Source: an uncultured Porticoccus sp.
GTDB taxonomy: Bacteria; Pseudomonadota; Gammaproteobacteria; Pseudomonadales; Porticoccaceae
Direction: 5' to 3' (one strand)
Length of the DNA stretch: 64,000 nt
Assembly (NCBI RefSeq): GCF_963973895.1
Contig: NZ_CAXBBF010000001.1
The notes beneath the pieces are model-generated. The model searched no databases and was not told where the DNA came from. It saw nothing but the letters and a program-made list of their open reading frames with translations. Positions 48,429 through 57,280 of the stretch are shown here, piece after piece. The position numbers were made by a program, and so were the translations under genes. Numbering within the stretch: position 1 is the stretch's first letter; each line of letters begins with the position of its first letter.

Positions 48429-48986
48429 ATGACCGGTTTTGAATTGCTGGGCTGGTTCGGCACCCTGCTTTACCTTGCCAATTATGCTTACCTCGCCTTC
48501 TATCCGCGCTGGCACAGACCCGTGTATTTCTCGGCCAACGGCGTTGCCGCCCTGTCTTTGGTGGTATCTTCTGCAGCCATTGCCTCCTGGCAGGCGGTGG
48601 GCATAAATTTTTTCTGGGCGGCGATCAGTGTCTGGTTGTTGATAGGTGGAAGTTTCAGGTTCGTAAGGGTAGGGCCAAGCGTTCTCACAGTCGGTGTCGG
48701 ATTGTGTTGGGTGGCCGCGTTGCCCGCGCTATTCTGGCAATGGCAGTTGGCGGTGGCGATCATTGGCTGGAGCTCAACATTTGCCTTCAGTGCCGCCTAT
48801 CTGTTGTTCGCCGCACGCCGACTGTCAATTGGCCCCTACCATCTATGGAATGCCTATGCGGCATTCGTACTACTGCCGCAGCTTTACCTAGACACCAACT
48901 GGCCGGTGCTGGCGATGGAAGTATGCTGGTTTGCCATTTCGCTATCGGCGCGTTTCAACCTACATCAGCCTGACGAACCGCGCTAG
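48429..48986 (+). CDS. Six-TM membrane protein made of two tandem ~90-aa repeats (resembles duplicated CBU_0592-type small membrane proteins)
   Basis: 185 aa. The halves align by eye: LLGWFGTLLYLANYAYL..YFSANGVAA..W....INFFWAAIS against IIGWSSTFAFSAAYLLF..YHLWNAYAA..W....MEVCWFAIS. The start lies 3 nt after the upstream stop. Confidence 0.6.
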   Translation: MTGFELLGWFGTLLYLANYAYLAFYPRWHRPVYFSANGVAALSLVVSSAAIASWQAVGINFFWAAISVWLLIGGSFRFVRVGPSVLTVGVGLCWVAALPALFWQWQLAVAIIGWSSTFAFSAAYLLFAARRLSIGPYHLWNAYAAFVLLPQLYLDTNWPVLAMEVCWFAISLSARFNLHQPDEPR

Positions 48987-49261
48987 GGAGGCGGTTGGTT
49001 GGATACACCAAACGAAGAGGTCGGATGATAGCGCGTTGAATTTTAAAGTGGGCTGTGATTAAAAAGAACAGCTTTGCCGTGTCGTTCTGGAATCAGCGAA
49101 CAGTGTTCTATTTATGGTCTATGTTAGGTAATTTGCCTTTTCTTGTTCATCACTGCCATGCAGAGGGCCGTTGGCTACTGCCTGAAAGACGCCGATTGAC
49201 ACCTCCTGCCGGCATCCGATAATGTCCGTTGCTCCTGTCTTAAACCCGGCAAAAGTTTCCG

Positions 49262-49735
49262 ATGAAGTGGTACCTCTGTCGTTATCTTCATTCGCAAAGC
49301 CGCCTCGCGCAGTTTCTGCGCTTCGCCACCGTTGGGTTGAAGATGTCTTTGATCGACGTTGGTGGTACTTACCTGCTGCCTTGGCTGTTTGGTATGAAGC
49401 TACATGTCGCCCGCATCATTTCGCTGACCACAGCAATCATGGTGGGCTATCTGCTCAACCGTTACTTCACTTTCGGGCGCGGCCAGCGCGGCAGCTTTCA
49501 TCGCCAGATGGCCGGACATTTCGGCGTTCATACCACTGGAGGGCTTCTCAACTACGCCGTGTTCAGCGGCGTAATTGCGCTGGGTCACAGTCATCTTATC
49601 CAGCCGCAGTCACTGCTGCTGTTGCCACTGGTTGCTATCTGGATCGGTGGAATGGTCGGCCTGGCATTCAACTTTTCTGTGTCCAGCAGGCTGGTGTTCA
49701 GCAACCGGGCGGAAAACCCCGGTGCGGCTTCATGA
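49262..49735 (+). CDS. GtrA-family membrane protein
   Basis: 157 aa with 4 TM helices and GtrA hallmarks (FLRFATVGL...YLLNRYFTF...SSRLVF). Confidence 0.8.
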   Translation: MKWYLCRYLHSQSRLAQFLRFATVGLKMSLIDVGGTYLLPWLFGMKLHVARIISLTTAIMVGYLLNRYFTFGRGQRGSFHRQMAGHFGVHTTGGLLNYAVFSGVIALGHSHLIQPQSLLLLPLVAIWIGGMVGLAFNFSVSSRLVFSNRAENPGAAS

Positions 49736-50895
49736 GAGATGCTTTCCTGCTCAGTGTGCGACTGCACACGCGCTGGTTTATTGAAGCCTTCGGGACAGAA
49801 GGTCGTCGCGCTGCGCCACTAGGTCCCCGGCGGCTGGCCGTCCTGCTGATACTGTTTCCGCTGTTCCTGTTGTTGCAGGCCATACACTGGCTGGGTTTTC
49901 TGCTCGACGAGCTGTTTTTTTCCGGCTGGCGCCGCGTTGAAATCCGCCAGCCACTGTTCATCAGTGGCGTGCCCCGCAGTGGAACGACTTTCCTGCACCG
50001 CACACTGGCTCGCGATACGGCCAGTTTCACTACCTTTCATACCTGGGAAGCACTGTTAGCCCCATCGGTTTCCGAGCGGAAACTGTTTGGTCTGTTCGCC
50101 GCCCTGGATCGGTTGCTCGGCAGACCATTGCAGCGGCTCGGAGATACAATTACCCGTCGGGTGACGGGTGGTTTTGCCCACATTCACGAGGTTGGCCTGC
50201 AGGCTGCCGAAGAGGATTACCTCACGCTGTTGCCCGCGGGTGGCTGTTTTATCCTCGTGCTGGCCTTTCCCGCCAGTAAGTCGTTGTGGCTGCTGGGGCG
50301 ATTGCGCGAACTGCCGGATTACGAACGCACCGTGCTGCTGAATTTTTATCGGTCCTGTCTACAGAAACATCTCTACGTCAATGGCAGTGGGCGCCGACTG
50401 TTGTCTAAGAACGCCGCCTTTGGTTCCTGGTTGCCCGAGCTCGCTGAAAGTTTCGATGACTCGCGCTTTCTGGTCTGTCTGCGTGAGCCGGGTGGGGCGC
50501 TGCGCTCCCAGCTCAGTTCCATTCGCAACGGTCTGGTTTTTTTTGGTACGACGGCGGCATCGGATCATGTCACGCATGAGTTTCAAGTGAGCCTGGAACA
50601 TGTCTATCAGCAACTACGTGAGCAGCGCCGCTGCCTGCCGGCCAGTCGTTTCGCCGTGGTTGATCACAGCCAATTACAGAACGAAACGCAGACCGCCATC
50701 ACCGCGACACTGCGCCAGCTGGGGATCCCGCTCACCGATGCGTTGCAACGGGTACTGGAGGATGCTGCCAGAGAGGCCCGTGACTATGGCGGCAGCGGGC
50801 ACGTCCACTCGCCGCTGTCAGAAGCCGAGGTGCCACAACCTGACCTGGTAAGCATTTACCGGGAGATACTCGAACCACCGGCGGGCTCATCATGA
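49732..50895 (+). CDS. Sulfotransferase-family protein with N-terminal membrane segment
   Basis: Internal start M171 of track ORF 49222..50895, with an ATGA overlap on the gtrA stop. PAPS-binding motif GVPRSGTTFLHR. The first 170 codons of the track ORF overlap gtrA out of frame. Confidence 0.75.
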   Translation: MRDAFLLSVRLHTRWFIEAFGTEGRRAAPLGPRRLAVLLILFPLFLLLQAIHWLGFLLDELFFSGWRRVEIRQPLFISGVPRSGTTFLHRTLARDTASFTTFHTWEALLAPSVSERKLFGLFAALDRLLGRPLQRLGDTITRRVTGGFAHIHEVGLQAAEEDYLTLLPAGGCFILVLAFPASKSLWLLGRLRELPDYERTVLLNFYRSCLQKHLYVNGSGRRLLSKNAAFGSWLPELAESFDDSRFLVCLREPGGALRSQLSSIRNGLVFFGTTAASDHVTHEFQVSLEHVYQQLREQRRCLPASRFAVVDHSQLQNETQTAITATLRQLGIPLTDALQRVLEDAAREARDYGGSGHVHSPLSEAEVPQPDLVSIYREILEPPAGSS

Positions 50896-52049
50896 GCAGC
50901 GGTATCGGTACCGGGATCGCCTCAGGCACTGAACCGAGCTGCCGGCAACGCGATGCGAGCCGGCTGCGGGTGGCAATTTTTTCCGACGCATTACCCGCAC
51001 GTAACGGCGCCGGAGCCTATTATGAAGACCTCGCCGCCCAGCTCGGGCCGCAACTCGGCGAACTGATACTGTTCCAGCCGGTGGTGAAAAAACGATTACT
51101 GCACTTCGCCCTGCCTCTGCCCGGCGACTCTACCCAGAAACTCATCACCCCCAATGTGCTGCGTATCCACCGCGAGTTCCATGCGCTGCGGCCTGACCTG
51201 GTGATCTCGGTAACGCCGGGGCCATTCGGGTTGCTGGGGCTTTGGCTTGCCAGGCGCAGCGGTGCTGGATTTCTGACCGCGTTCCACACGCATTTCGAAG
51301 GGCTGGCGAAACTTTACGGTGACACCTGGTTCTTCCGCCTGGCGCACTGGTACCTGGTACAGGTCAATCGTATTCTCTGCCGCAATAGCGACTCAGTGCT
51401 GGTCAACAATTCTAGCCTCAACGCCACCGTGGAAAGCCTTGGCGCGCTCCGTGTGGATGTGATGGGTACCCCGTTATCGCGAGCGTTTCTCGATACCCCG
51501 ATTGTGCCTCCCACAGAGAATCTGCGGCAGGTACTGTTCGCCGGACGTCTGGCGCCGGAGAAAAACCTGCCCGCTATCCTCGATGCTGTGAAAGCACTGC
51601 CGGACATCCGCTTCGTCATAGCTGGCGACGGTCCGCTCCGTAGTGAACTCGAGCGCGAGGCTCAATTGCTACCCAATCTGCGGTTGACCGGCTGGCTGGA
51701 ACGTGACGCCCTGCGCGCGGAAATGGACGCTGCCGGGCTGCTGATATTGCCCTCCCATATGGAGACCTTTGGCACGGTCGCATTGGAAGCGATGGCACGC
51801 GGCCGTCCTGCCCTGGTGGCCGCCAACGCCGGTATTCACGACTGGCCGTTGCTAAAGGACTCGCTGTTCACCCTGGGTGAGGGCGAGTCCCTGGCGCAAG
51901 TGTTGCAACAGCTGAGTGAGCTCCCGGCGAGTACTTGGCAGGAAAAAGCTGCCGCTGCACGCAGGGCCGCTGAAGCCCTGAACAGCCACACCATTAATCA
52001 GTGGTTGGATTTTGTGGAACGGTACGCGCGTAAAAACCGGCATGAATAG
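50892..52049 (+). CDS. Glycosyltransferase family 4 (GT-B fold)
   Basis: 385 aa with the C-terminal motif ETFGTVALEAMARGRP and an ATGA overlap with the sulfotransferase gene. Confidence 0.85.
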   Translation: MSSGIGTGIASGTEPSCRQRDASRLRVAIFSDALPARNGAGAYYEDLAAQLGPQLGELILFQPVVKKRLLHFALPLPGDSTQKLITPNVLRIHREFHALRPDLVISVTPGPFGLLGLWLARRSGAGFLTAFHTHFEGLAKLYGDTWFFRLAHWYLVQVNRILCRNSDSVLVNNSSLNATVESLGALRVDVMGTPLSRAFLDTPIVPPTENLRQVLFAGRLAPEKNLPAILDAVKALPDIRFVIAGDGPLRSELEREAQLLPNLRLTGWLERDALRAEMDAAGLLILPSHMETFGTVALEAMARGRPALVAANAGIHDWPLLKDSLFTLGEGESLAQVLQQLSELPASTWQEKAAAARRAAEALNSHTINQWLDFVERYARKNRHE

Positions 52050-52746
52050 CCAACCCCGAGCAGTGCTGTCAATGCACGACGTGATGCCCGAGACGCTCTC
52101 CCTGGTGGAAGATTTCCTGGCATTCTGTAGCACTCACGCGATCCCGCCCATGACCCTGCTGGTTGTACCCGGATGCGATTGGCGTGACGAACAACTCGAC
52201 CGGCTGCGGGATTTGGCGGGACTCGGCCACGAACTCGCCGCGCATGGCTGGCTGCACCGTGTGGGGACGCCGCAGAGCCTTTACCACCGACTTCACTCGA
52301 CCCTGTTGTCGCGCAATGTCGCCGAACACCTGGCGCTCGACGGCGAAAGCATTCTGGCGCTGATGCGCCGCTCACACGCCTGGTTCGCCGAACACGATCT
52401 GCCTGCACCGTCACTTTACGTGCCGCCGGCCTGGGCGCTGGGCGCAGTTGCGCGACAATCGCTGGCATCACTGGATTTCGCGCGAATTGAGGTGCTGCGC
52501 GGTGTATTGGACTTGCGTACCGCTCACCTGCATCCGCTGCCACTGGTGGGGTTCGAAGCCGATTCCGGGTTTCGTGCGGCGATCCTCCGGCTATGGAACA
52601 GCAGCCAAACCGGAATGGCCCGCATCTCTCGGCGAACCCTGCGCATCGGTGTTCATCCGCAGGATCTGAATCTTCGTCTCGGTGGCTCGTTGCGCGAGTT
52701 GTTGAAAGAGCGCTGGCACTTTATCAGCTATGGCGACGTACTCTGA
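52042..52746 (+). CDS. DUF2334/polysaccharide-deacetylase-like protein
   Basis: Trimmed to MNSQPRAVLSMHDVMPETL... The pattern (HDVMPET, LLVVPG.DW, ELAAHGWLH) matches my memory of DUF2334. It overlaps the GT4 gene by 8 nt. Confidence 0.6.
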   Translation: MNSQPRAVLSMHDVMPETLSLVEDFLAFCSTHAIPPMTLLVVPGCDWRDEQLDRLRDLAGLGHELAAHGWLHRVGTPQSLYHRLHSTLLSRNVAEHLALDGESILALMRRSHAWFAEHDLPAPSLYVPPAWALGAVARQSLASLDFARIEVLRGVLDLRTAHLHPLPLVGFEADSGFRAAILRLWNSSQTGMARISRRTLRIGVHPQDLNLRLGGSLRELLKERWHFISYGDVL

Positions 52747-52939
52747 TCAGGATGGCAGGGTGGTAGCAATAACGGCGTTTTTAGAGATGGATTCATTTGA
52801 CTGATGCATGAGATTTAGGGCTTTCTATGTTCTAACCGAACTCATTCACTGTATTCCCCAGAAACTGACGGGTGTGTAGTGGTTCAATAATTCTGGACCC
52901 TAACAAAAGTAGTAGTATCTCCACCTCTGGATGGTATGG

Positions 52940-53337
52940 CAGGCCTATATCCAGCAACATATCAATACCCATCCGTTATCGGCGGTCTTGTCCTCGGTGT
53001 TGCTTTTCTGGTGTTACTGGCCTGGGTATTGGCCCGTTATTCAGTAAAATTGCCTATTGCCAAATTTTTGCCATTACCACCTATCTGTTGCTGGCTTTGG
53101 CGCTCATTTTGATGGGCAAAACGGTTATCGGTCCTGCAGGAAGCAGCCCTCCTTGGTATCAGTCCATTACCTGTTAGTTTCGAAATCGACTGGGTTGGCG
53201 TCCAGTGCAACTGCCAGGAAATACTTGCGCAACTTTCTGTTCTACTGTTTTTTTTGATGGCAACGGAGTTGAGAAATAAAGCTTCCTGTGCGACATCACG
53301 TACAAGCTATTTTGAAAATCCAGATGTTGGCCGTTAG
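52940..53337 (+). pseudogene. Remnant of an FTR1-family iron permease (C-terminal part, frameshifted, N-terminus missing)
   Basis: My three-frame reading gives VIGGLVLGVAFLVLLAWVLARYSVKLPIAKF, then a frame change at the T5 run near 53065. The next segment is FAITTYLLLALALILMGKTVIG, with a second frame change near 53130. The final segment is LQEAALLGISPLPVSFEIDWVGV..QEILAQ. This follows the FTR1 C-terminal pattern (R...KL.I..FF..T..LL...A....GK.V..LQEA). Confidence 0.5.
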
Positions 53338-53559
53338 AAACCGGATTAACTGACAGATTTTTTAATCCATCTACTCAGATATTCACTAGTTTGCGCAATT
53401 GCGAGGAATACTATCTGTTGTCCAAATTGGTATCGATCATCCGGTTCAGATGATCAGAGCGCGCTGGGCAGACGGGTTTTCTTATGGGTTGTTTCCCCAC
53501 AGCAGCCTGCCCGGTTGCCACATCGGTCACGATTTAAGTCGTGGCGGCTTCATTTACAC

Positions 53560-55410
53560 TCAGGCAGCTGTGTCGGTTGGCTTCGTTCTATCCGTTTGTG
53601 TCATGGTGGCGTCCCCTGGGCAAAAATAGATTAAGGTCCAACCAGTCGAGAACTTAAAGGGCTGTTCGCTCGAACAAATCCGTAATTTACCCTGTGGAGA
53701 CAGGCTGCCAAGCAATAACCAGTCAATGCCGGATTCACCCAGCCGGCTTTCCAACTGGTCGAGATTAAAATCCTCGCTCAGGCGCGTTGACTGTATTGTC
53801 CAGCCATCGTTCAGACGTTGTTGGAGGGTATAAAAATCTGTTGGTGGCTCAAAGGCGAAATAGCCACGCTGCTGCAAGGTCAGACGTTTCTGCTCTTGGC
53901 CTGACTCCTCGTGAGGGCGTAGCTGAAAAGTGCGGTGGTGTCCGAACTGGGCGCCCTGTGCTTTGCAGACCAGCGCGTTGTAGTAATGATTGTCAGTAGC
54001 GCACAGTAGAAAACTTAAATGCTCATCATCTAACTCATGCTCGGCATGTTCGGAGAGAATCTCTCCATGGTAGACCTTGATACCATCCATGCGGATTGGT
54101 TTAAGGCGTTGATAAGATCCATCGGTGACAACCACGTCCACCTCAAGATCCTTGAGGGCCTTTGCCAGGGCCTGAGTCCAGGGAGAGGCCCCTACGATCA
54201 GCAGACCGTTTTCTTCTTTTGCTGCCAGAGACAATTTTCGCGCCAGTGGCCCGAGAGTGAGACCGTGTGCCAATACGGTCACGAAAATGATCAGAAAAAC
54301 GATCGGTAGAAGCAGTTCGGCGTCCTGATAGCCGGCAGCAATCAGTGCCGGTCCAAAGATGCCCGCAGTGGCTGCGGCTACGATACCTCTTGGTGCAATC
54401 CACGCCAGTAGCAGTTTGTCCTTGCCGCGCATGGGTGCACCCAGGGTCGCCAGAAAGATGGACAGCGGCCGCACCAGCAACAGGATAGCCAGCACGAAGG
54501 CCACCACTCGCCAGTTCAGCAGCTCCAACTGATCGATTCTGAGCTGGGAAGGGATGACGATAAACAGTACCGATACCAGTACGATGGTGAGATTTTCCTT
54601 GAAGTGACGCAGTGGCTCGCGCTCAACCAGTTTCATATTACCGATGACCAGGCCCATCACCGTCACGGTAAGTAACCCTGCCTCATGCTGGACCAGATTG
54701 CTGGCCCAGTAAGCCACCAGCACCAGCAACATCAGTAGCGGTGGTTTGAGATGAGGGGGGACCCCTCCGCGATGGAAGAACCAGCCTGTGAGCCATCCTC
54801 CTACACCTCCAAGCAGCGCTGCTGCGGCGATTGCCGCTCCGAGCCCTGTGAGCACCTGAGACCAATCGCTCCCGGCCAGCGTGAAGTATTGAAAAGTGAG
54901 TACCGCCAGCAATACCCCCATAGGGTCGTTGACGATTCCCTCCCATTTCAGTAGTGAGGTCGACTCTCCATTGAGACGCGCCTGTCGCAGCAAAGGTAGG
55001 ATCACGGTCGGACCTGTAACCACCAGAATAGCACCCAGCACCCAGGCGACCGGCCAGCTCAGTCCGGCAACAAAATGCGCGGCCAGCGCACCGAAAACCC
55101 AGGCAAGCGGTGGACCAAGAATTGTCAGGCGGCCAACACCGTGGCCAACACGTCGGATTTCGCCAAGCTTTAAGTCCATGCCACCTTCGAACAGGATAAT
55201 CGCGACCCCCATACCAATAAGCTCTGTCAGTTCGGCTTGAGATAAACCCAGTTCGATGATGCCGCTCACAGGCCCCAGAACAAGGCCGGCTGTAATCAAC
55301 ACAACGATTGCCGGCAGATGGATTCGCCAGGCAATCCATTGGCTGACAAGTCCGGCGCTCAAAATAATCAGCATAAGGGTGGCGGCGTGCATGGAGACTC
55401 CATAGAGCAT
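53560..55410 (-). CDS. Cation:proton antiporter (CPA1/NhaP-type) with C-terminal RCK/TrkA-like domain
   Basis: 616 aa with ~12 TM helices followed by a soluble ~200-aa domain (LLIVGASPWTQALAKALKDLEVDVVVTD). The start may be M7 (55392). Confidence 0.85.
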   Translation of the reverse strand: MLYGVSMHAATLMLIILSAGLVSQWIAWRIHLPAIVVLITAGLVLGPVSGIIELGLSQAELTELIGMGVAIILFEGGMDLKLGEIRRVGHGVGRLTILGPPLAWVFGALAAHFVAGLSWPVAWVLGAILVVTGPTVILPLLRQARLNGESTSLLKWEGIVNDPMGVLLAVLTFQYFTLAGSDWSQVLTGLGAAIAAAALLGGVGGWLTGWFFHRGGVPPHLKPPLLMLLVLVAYWASNLVQHEAGLLTVTVMGLVIGNMKLVEREPLRHFKENLTIVLVSVLFIVIPSQLRIDQLELLNWRVVAFVLAILLLVRPLSIFLATLGAPMRGKDKLLLAWIAPRGIVAAATAGIFGPALIAAGYQDAELLLPIVFLIIFVTVLAHGLTLGPLARKLSLAAKEENGLLIVGASPWTQALAKALKDLEVDVVVTDGSYQRLKPIRMDGIKVYHGEILSEHAEHELDDEHLSFLLCATDNHYYNALVCKAQGAQFGHHRTFQLRPHEESGQEQKRLTLQQRGYFAFEPPTDFYTLQQRLNDGWTIQSTRLSEDFNLDQLESRLGESGIDWLLLGSLSPQGKLRICSSEQPFKFSTGWTLIYFCPGDATMTQTDRTKPTDTAA

Positions 55411-55716
55411 GGTTCAGGGTTAGAGACCTTTTACCAGAGAAAATGACAAGATTGAATAAAAAACATTCCGGCAAAGCTGTAGCGTAAATACCTGCGCTTA
55501 AAAAGTACGGTGACCTCCTCTGGGGAGTCGATGTCATCTTTATGGAAGAACGGCCACAAGGCCGCCTGGCTTTTATTTAATTGCATAGACTTAGCACAAT
55601 TTAGCCGATGTGTGACTTTTTGAGACTCCTGCAAAAAAACTATTGTTTCGTGCGCTAGTGAACAGACGCCTTTTGAGCCAGGGCCCAATAATAAAATTGG
55701 AAAAAGGAGCCATGGA

Positions 55717-56118
55717 ATGAAGAAACACACGATTCGACAGGCCGCTGAACGCTGCAGCTTTTTTATCACAGTATTACTCACAACACTGACCCTGGCGGCC
55801 TGTGCATCTGCGCCGTTACCGCCGACAGAGTCGCTAAATATGGCCAGTGATGCCATTGCCAATGCCGAACAGGCTCAGGCCCGTCGTTACGCCGGCGCTG
55901 AATTGGAAGAGGCAAACCGCTATCTGGAGAACGCAAACAAGGCCGTAGAGGCAGAGAAGATGAGCGAAGCCGACCGCCTGGCAAAACAGGCCCGCGTTGC
56001 GGCCGAGCTGGCGATGGCAAGAACCGAAGTGGCCAAAGCCGCGGCAATTAATCGTGAAATGGGCCGCAGTGCCAAGGCTCTGGATGAAGAGTTGCAGCGC
56101 CAGGGAGATCAGCAATGA
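55717..56118 (+). CDS. DUF4398-family lipoprotein
   Basis: 133 aa with lipobox LTLAAC and a helical A/E/K-rich body typical of DUF4398. It overlaps the next gene by 4 nt. Confidence 0.7.
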   Translation: MKKHTIRQAAERCSFFITVLLTTLTLAACASAPLPPTESLNMASDAIANAEQAQARRYAGAELEEANRYLENANKAVEAEKMSEADRLAKQARVAAELAMARTEVAKAAAINREMGRSAKALDEELQRQGDQQ

Positions 56119-56981
56119 AGATCTTATCGTTCTTGAAACCGGTTTCCCACAAAAAAATAACTATCGCACTGGTGCTTTCGTCAGCGTTGTTGGCTGCATG
56201 TGCCATGTCGACCACAAGCCCTGATGGCTCGGAGGATGTGCGCGGCAAGTTGGTGGCCCTGCAACAGAACCCGGATATGAGGACCCATGCCCGCGTCGAA
56301 TTGCGAGATGCGGAAGCCGCTGTGCTGCTTGCCGAACAACCATTGGGTAGCGGCGAAGTGGCACTGGCGGACTACCGGATTTATATGGCAGACCGGATGG
56401 TTGAAATAGCCCGTGCCAAAGGCCAGACCAGGCTTCTGGAAGCGGAAAGAGTGCAGTTGAGTGAACAGCGCGATGCGGCCAGGCTGGCTGCCCGAACCCG
56501 GGAAGCAAATCAAGCCCGCGCCGATGCCAAGAGCGCTCGTAGTTCCCAGCAAAACGCCGCGGCCCTGTCTGCACGTGAAGCTGAGGAAATGCAGCAACAG
56601 ATCGACGACCTTGAGGCCAAGGCTACTGAGCGGGGCTTGGTATTAACCCTGGGTGATGTACTTTTTGCCACAGGGAGTGCCGAGCTACAGGGCGGTACCA
56701 ACCAGAACCTGGAGAAACTGGTGAACTTCCTGAAACAGTACCCTGACCGCCAGTCGCTGATTGAAGGCCATACCGACAACGTAGGTAGCGCCATATTTAA
56801 TGAGACTCTCTCACGTCAACGGGCCGAATCGGTACGACGGTTTCTGATAAACCGGGGTGTTGATAGTGGTAGGCTATCTGTATCCGGGTATGGCTTTGAA
56901 CGACCTGTCGCCAGTAATGACTCCGCAATGGGTCGCCAGCAGAACCGCCGTGTTGAGGTCATTATTGAAAACAGGCAGTGA
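56115..56981 (+). CDS. OmpA-family peptidoglycan-associated lipoprotein with DUF4398-like N-domain
   Basis: 288 aa with lipobox LLAAC and a C-terminal OmpA domain (LTLGDVLFATGSAEL...HTDNVGS...NRRVEV). Confidence 0.85.
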   Translation: MKILSFLKPVSHKKITIALVLSSALLAACAMSTTSPDGSEDVRGKLVALQQNPDMRTHARVELRDAEAAVLLAEQPLGSGEVALADYRIYMADRMVEIARAKGQTRLLEAERVQLSEQRDAARLAARTREANQARADAKSARSSQQNAAALSAREAEEMQQQIDDLEAKATERGLVLTLGDVLFATGSAELQGGTNQNLEKLVNFLKQYPDRQSLIEGHTDNVGSAIFNETLSRQRAESVRRFLINRGVDSGRLSVSGYGFERPVASNDSAMGRQQNRRVEVIIENRQ

Positions 56982-57280
56982 CACATGCTGAGGTATCGCG
57001 GCTTCTTTCCGTCGGCGGCGGATAACGAGGTCGATGGTGCCGGAATCATGGCATTCCAACGGGTGTGAGTGATGCATTGCCACCGGGTATTATCGGGATG
57101 GCAAGACCAGCGCTCAACCCGACCAGCATATTGTGAGGGTATTGCCAAACGCGATTGGCGCGGAGACAAGAATAGAGCAGCATAGCAGCCACAGTAATTT
57201 TTTCATTGCGAACGTGTCCCGAATGCAGTCGGCCGAGGCCGGGGTTACAGCGTCCTACAGAGCTGGATACCTCACCCCCG

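Noticed and set aside
49222-49731. First 170 codons of the 557-aa track ORF.
   Set aside because: They overlap the clearly recognisable GtrA-family ORF (49262..49735) in another frame and are Arg/Pro-rich. The sulfotransferase is better explained by the internal ATG at 49732, which forms an ATGA overlap with the gtrA stop.
54683-55537. 284-aa ORF on the minus strand, in an alternative frame within the antiporter gene.
   Set aside because: It lies out of frame inside the 616-aa CPA1 antiporter ORF. Its Arg/Pro/Gly-rich composition is typical of off-frame translation.
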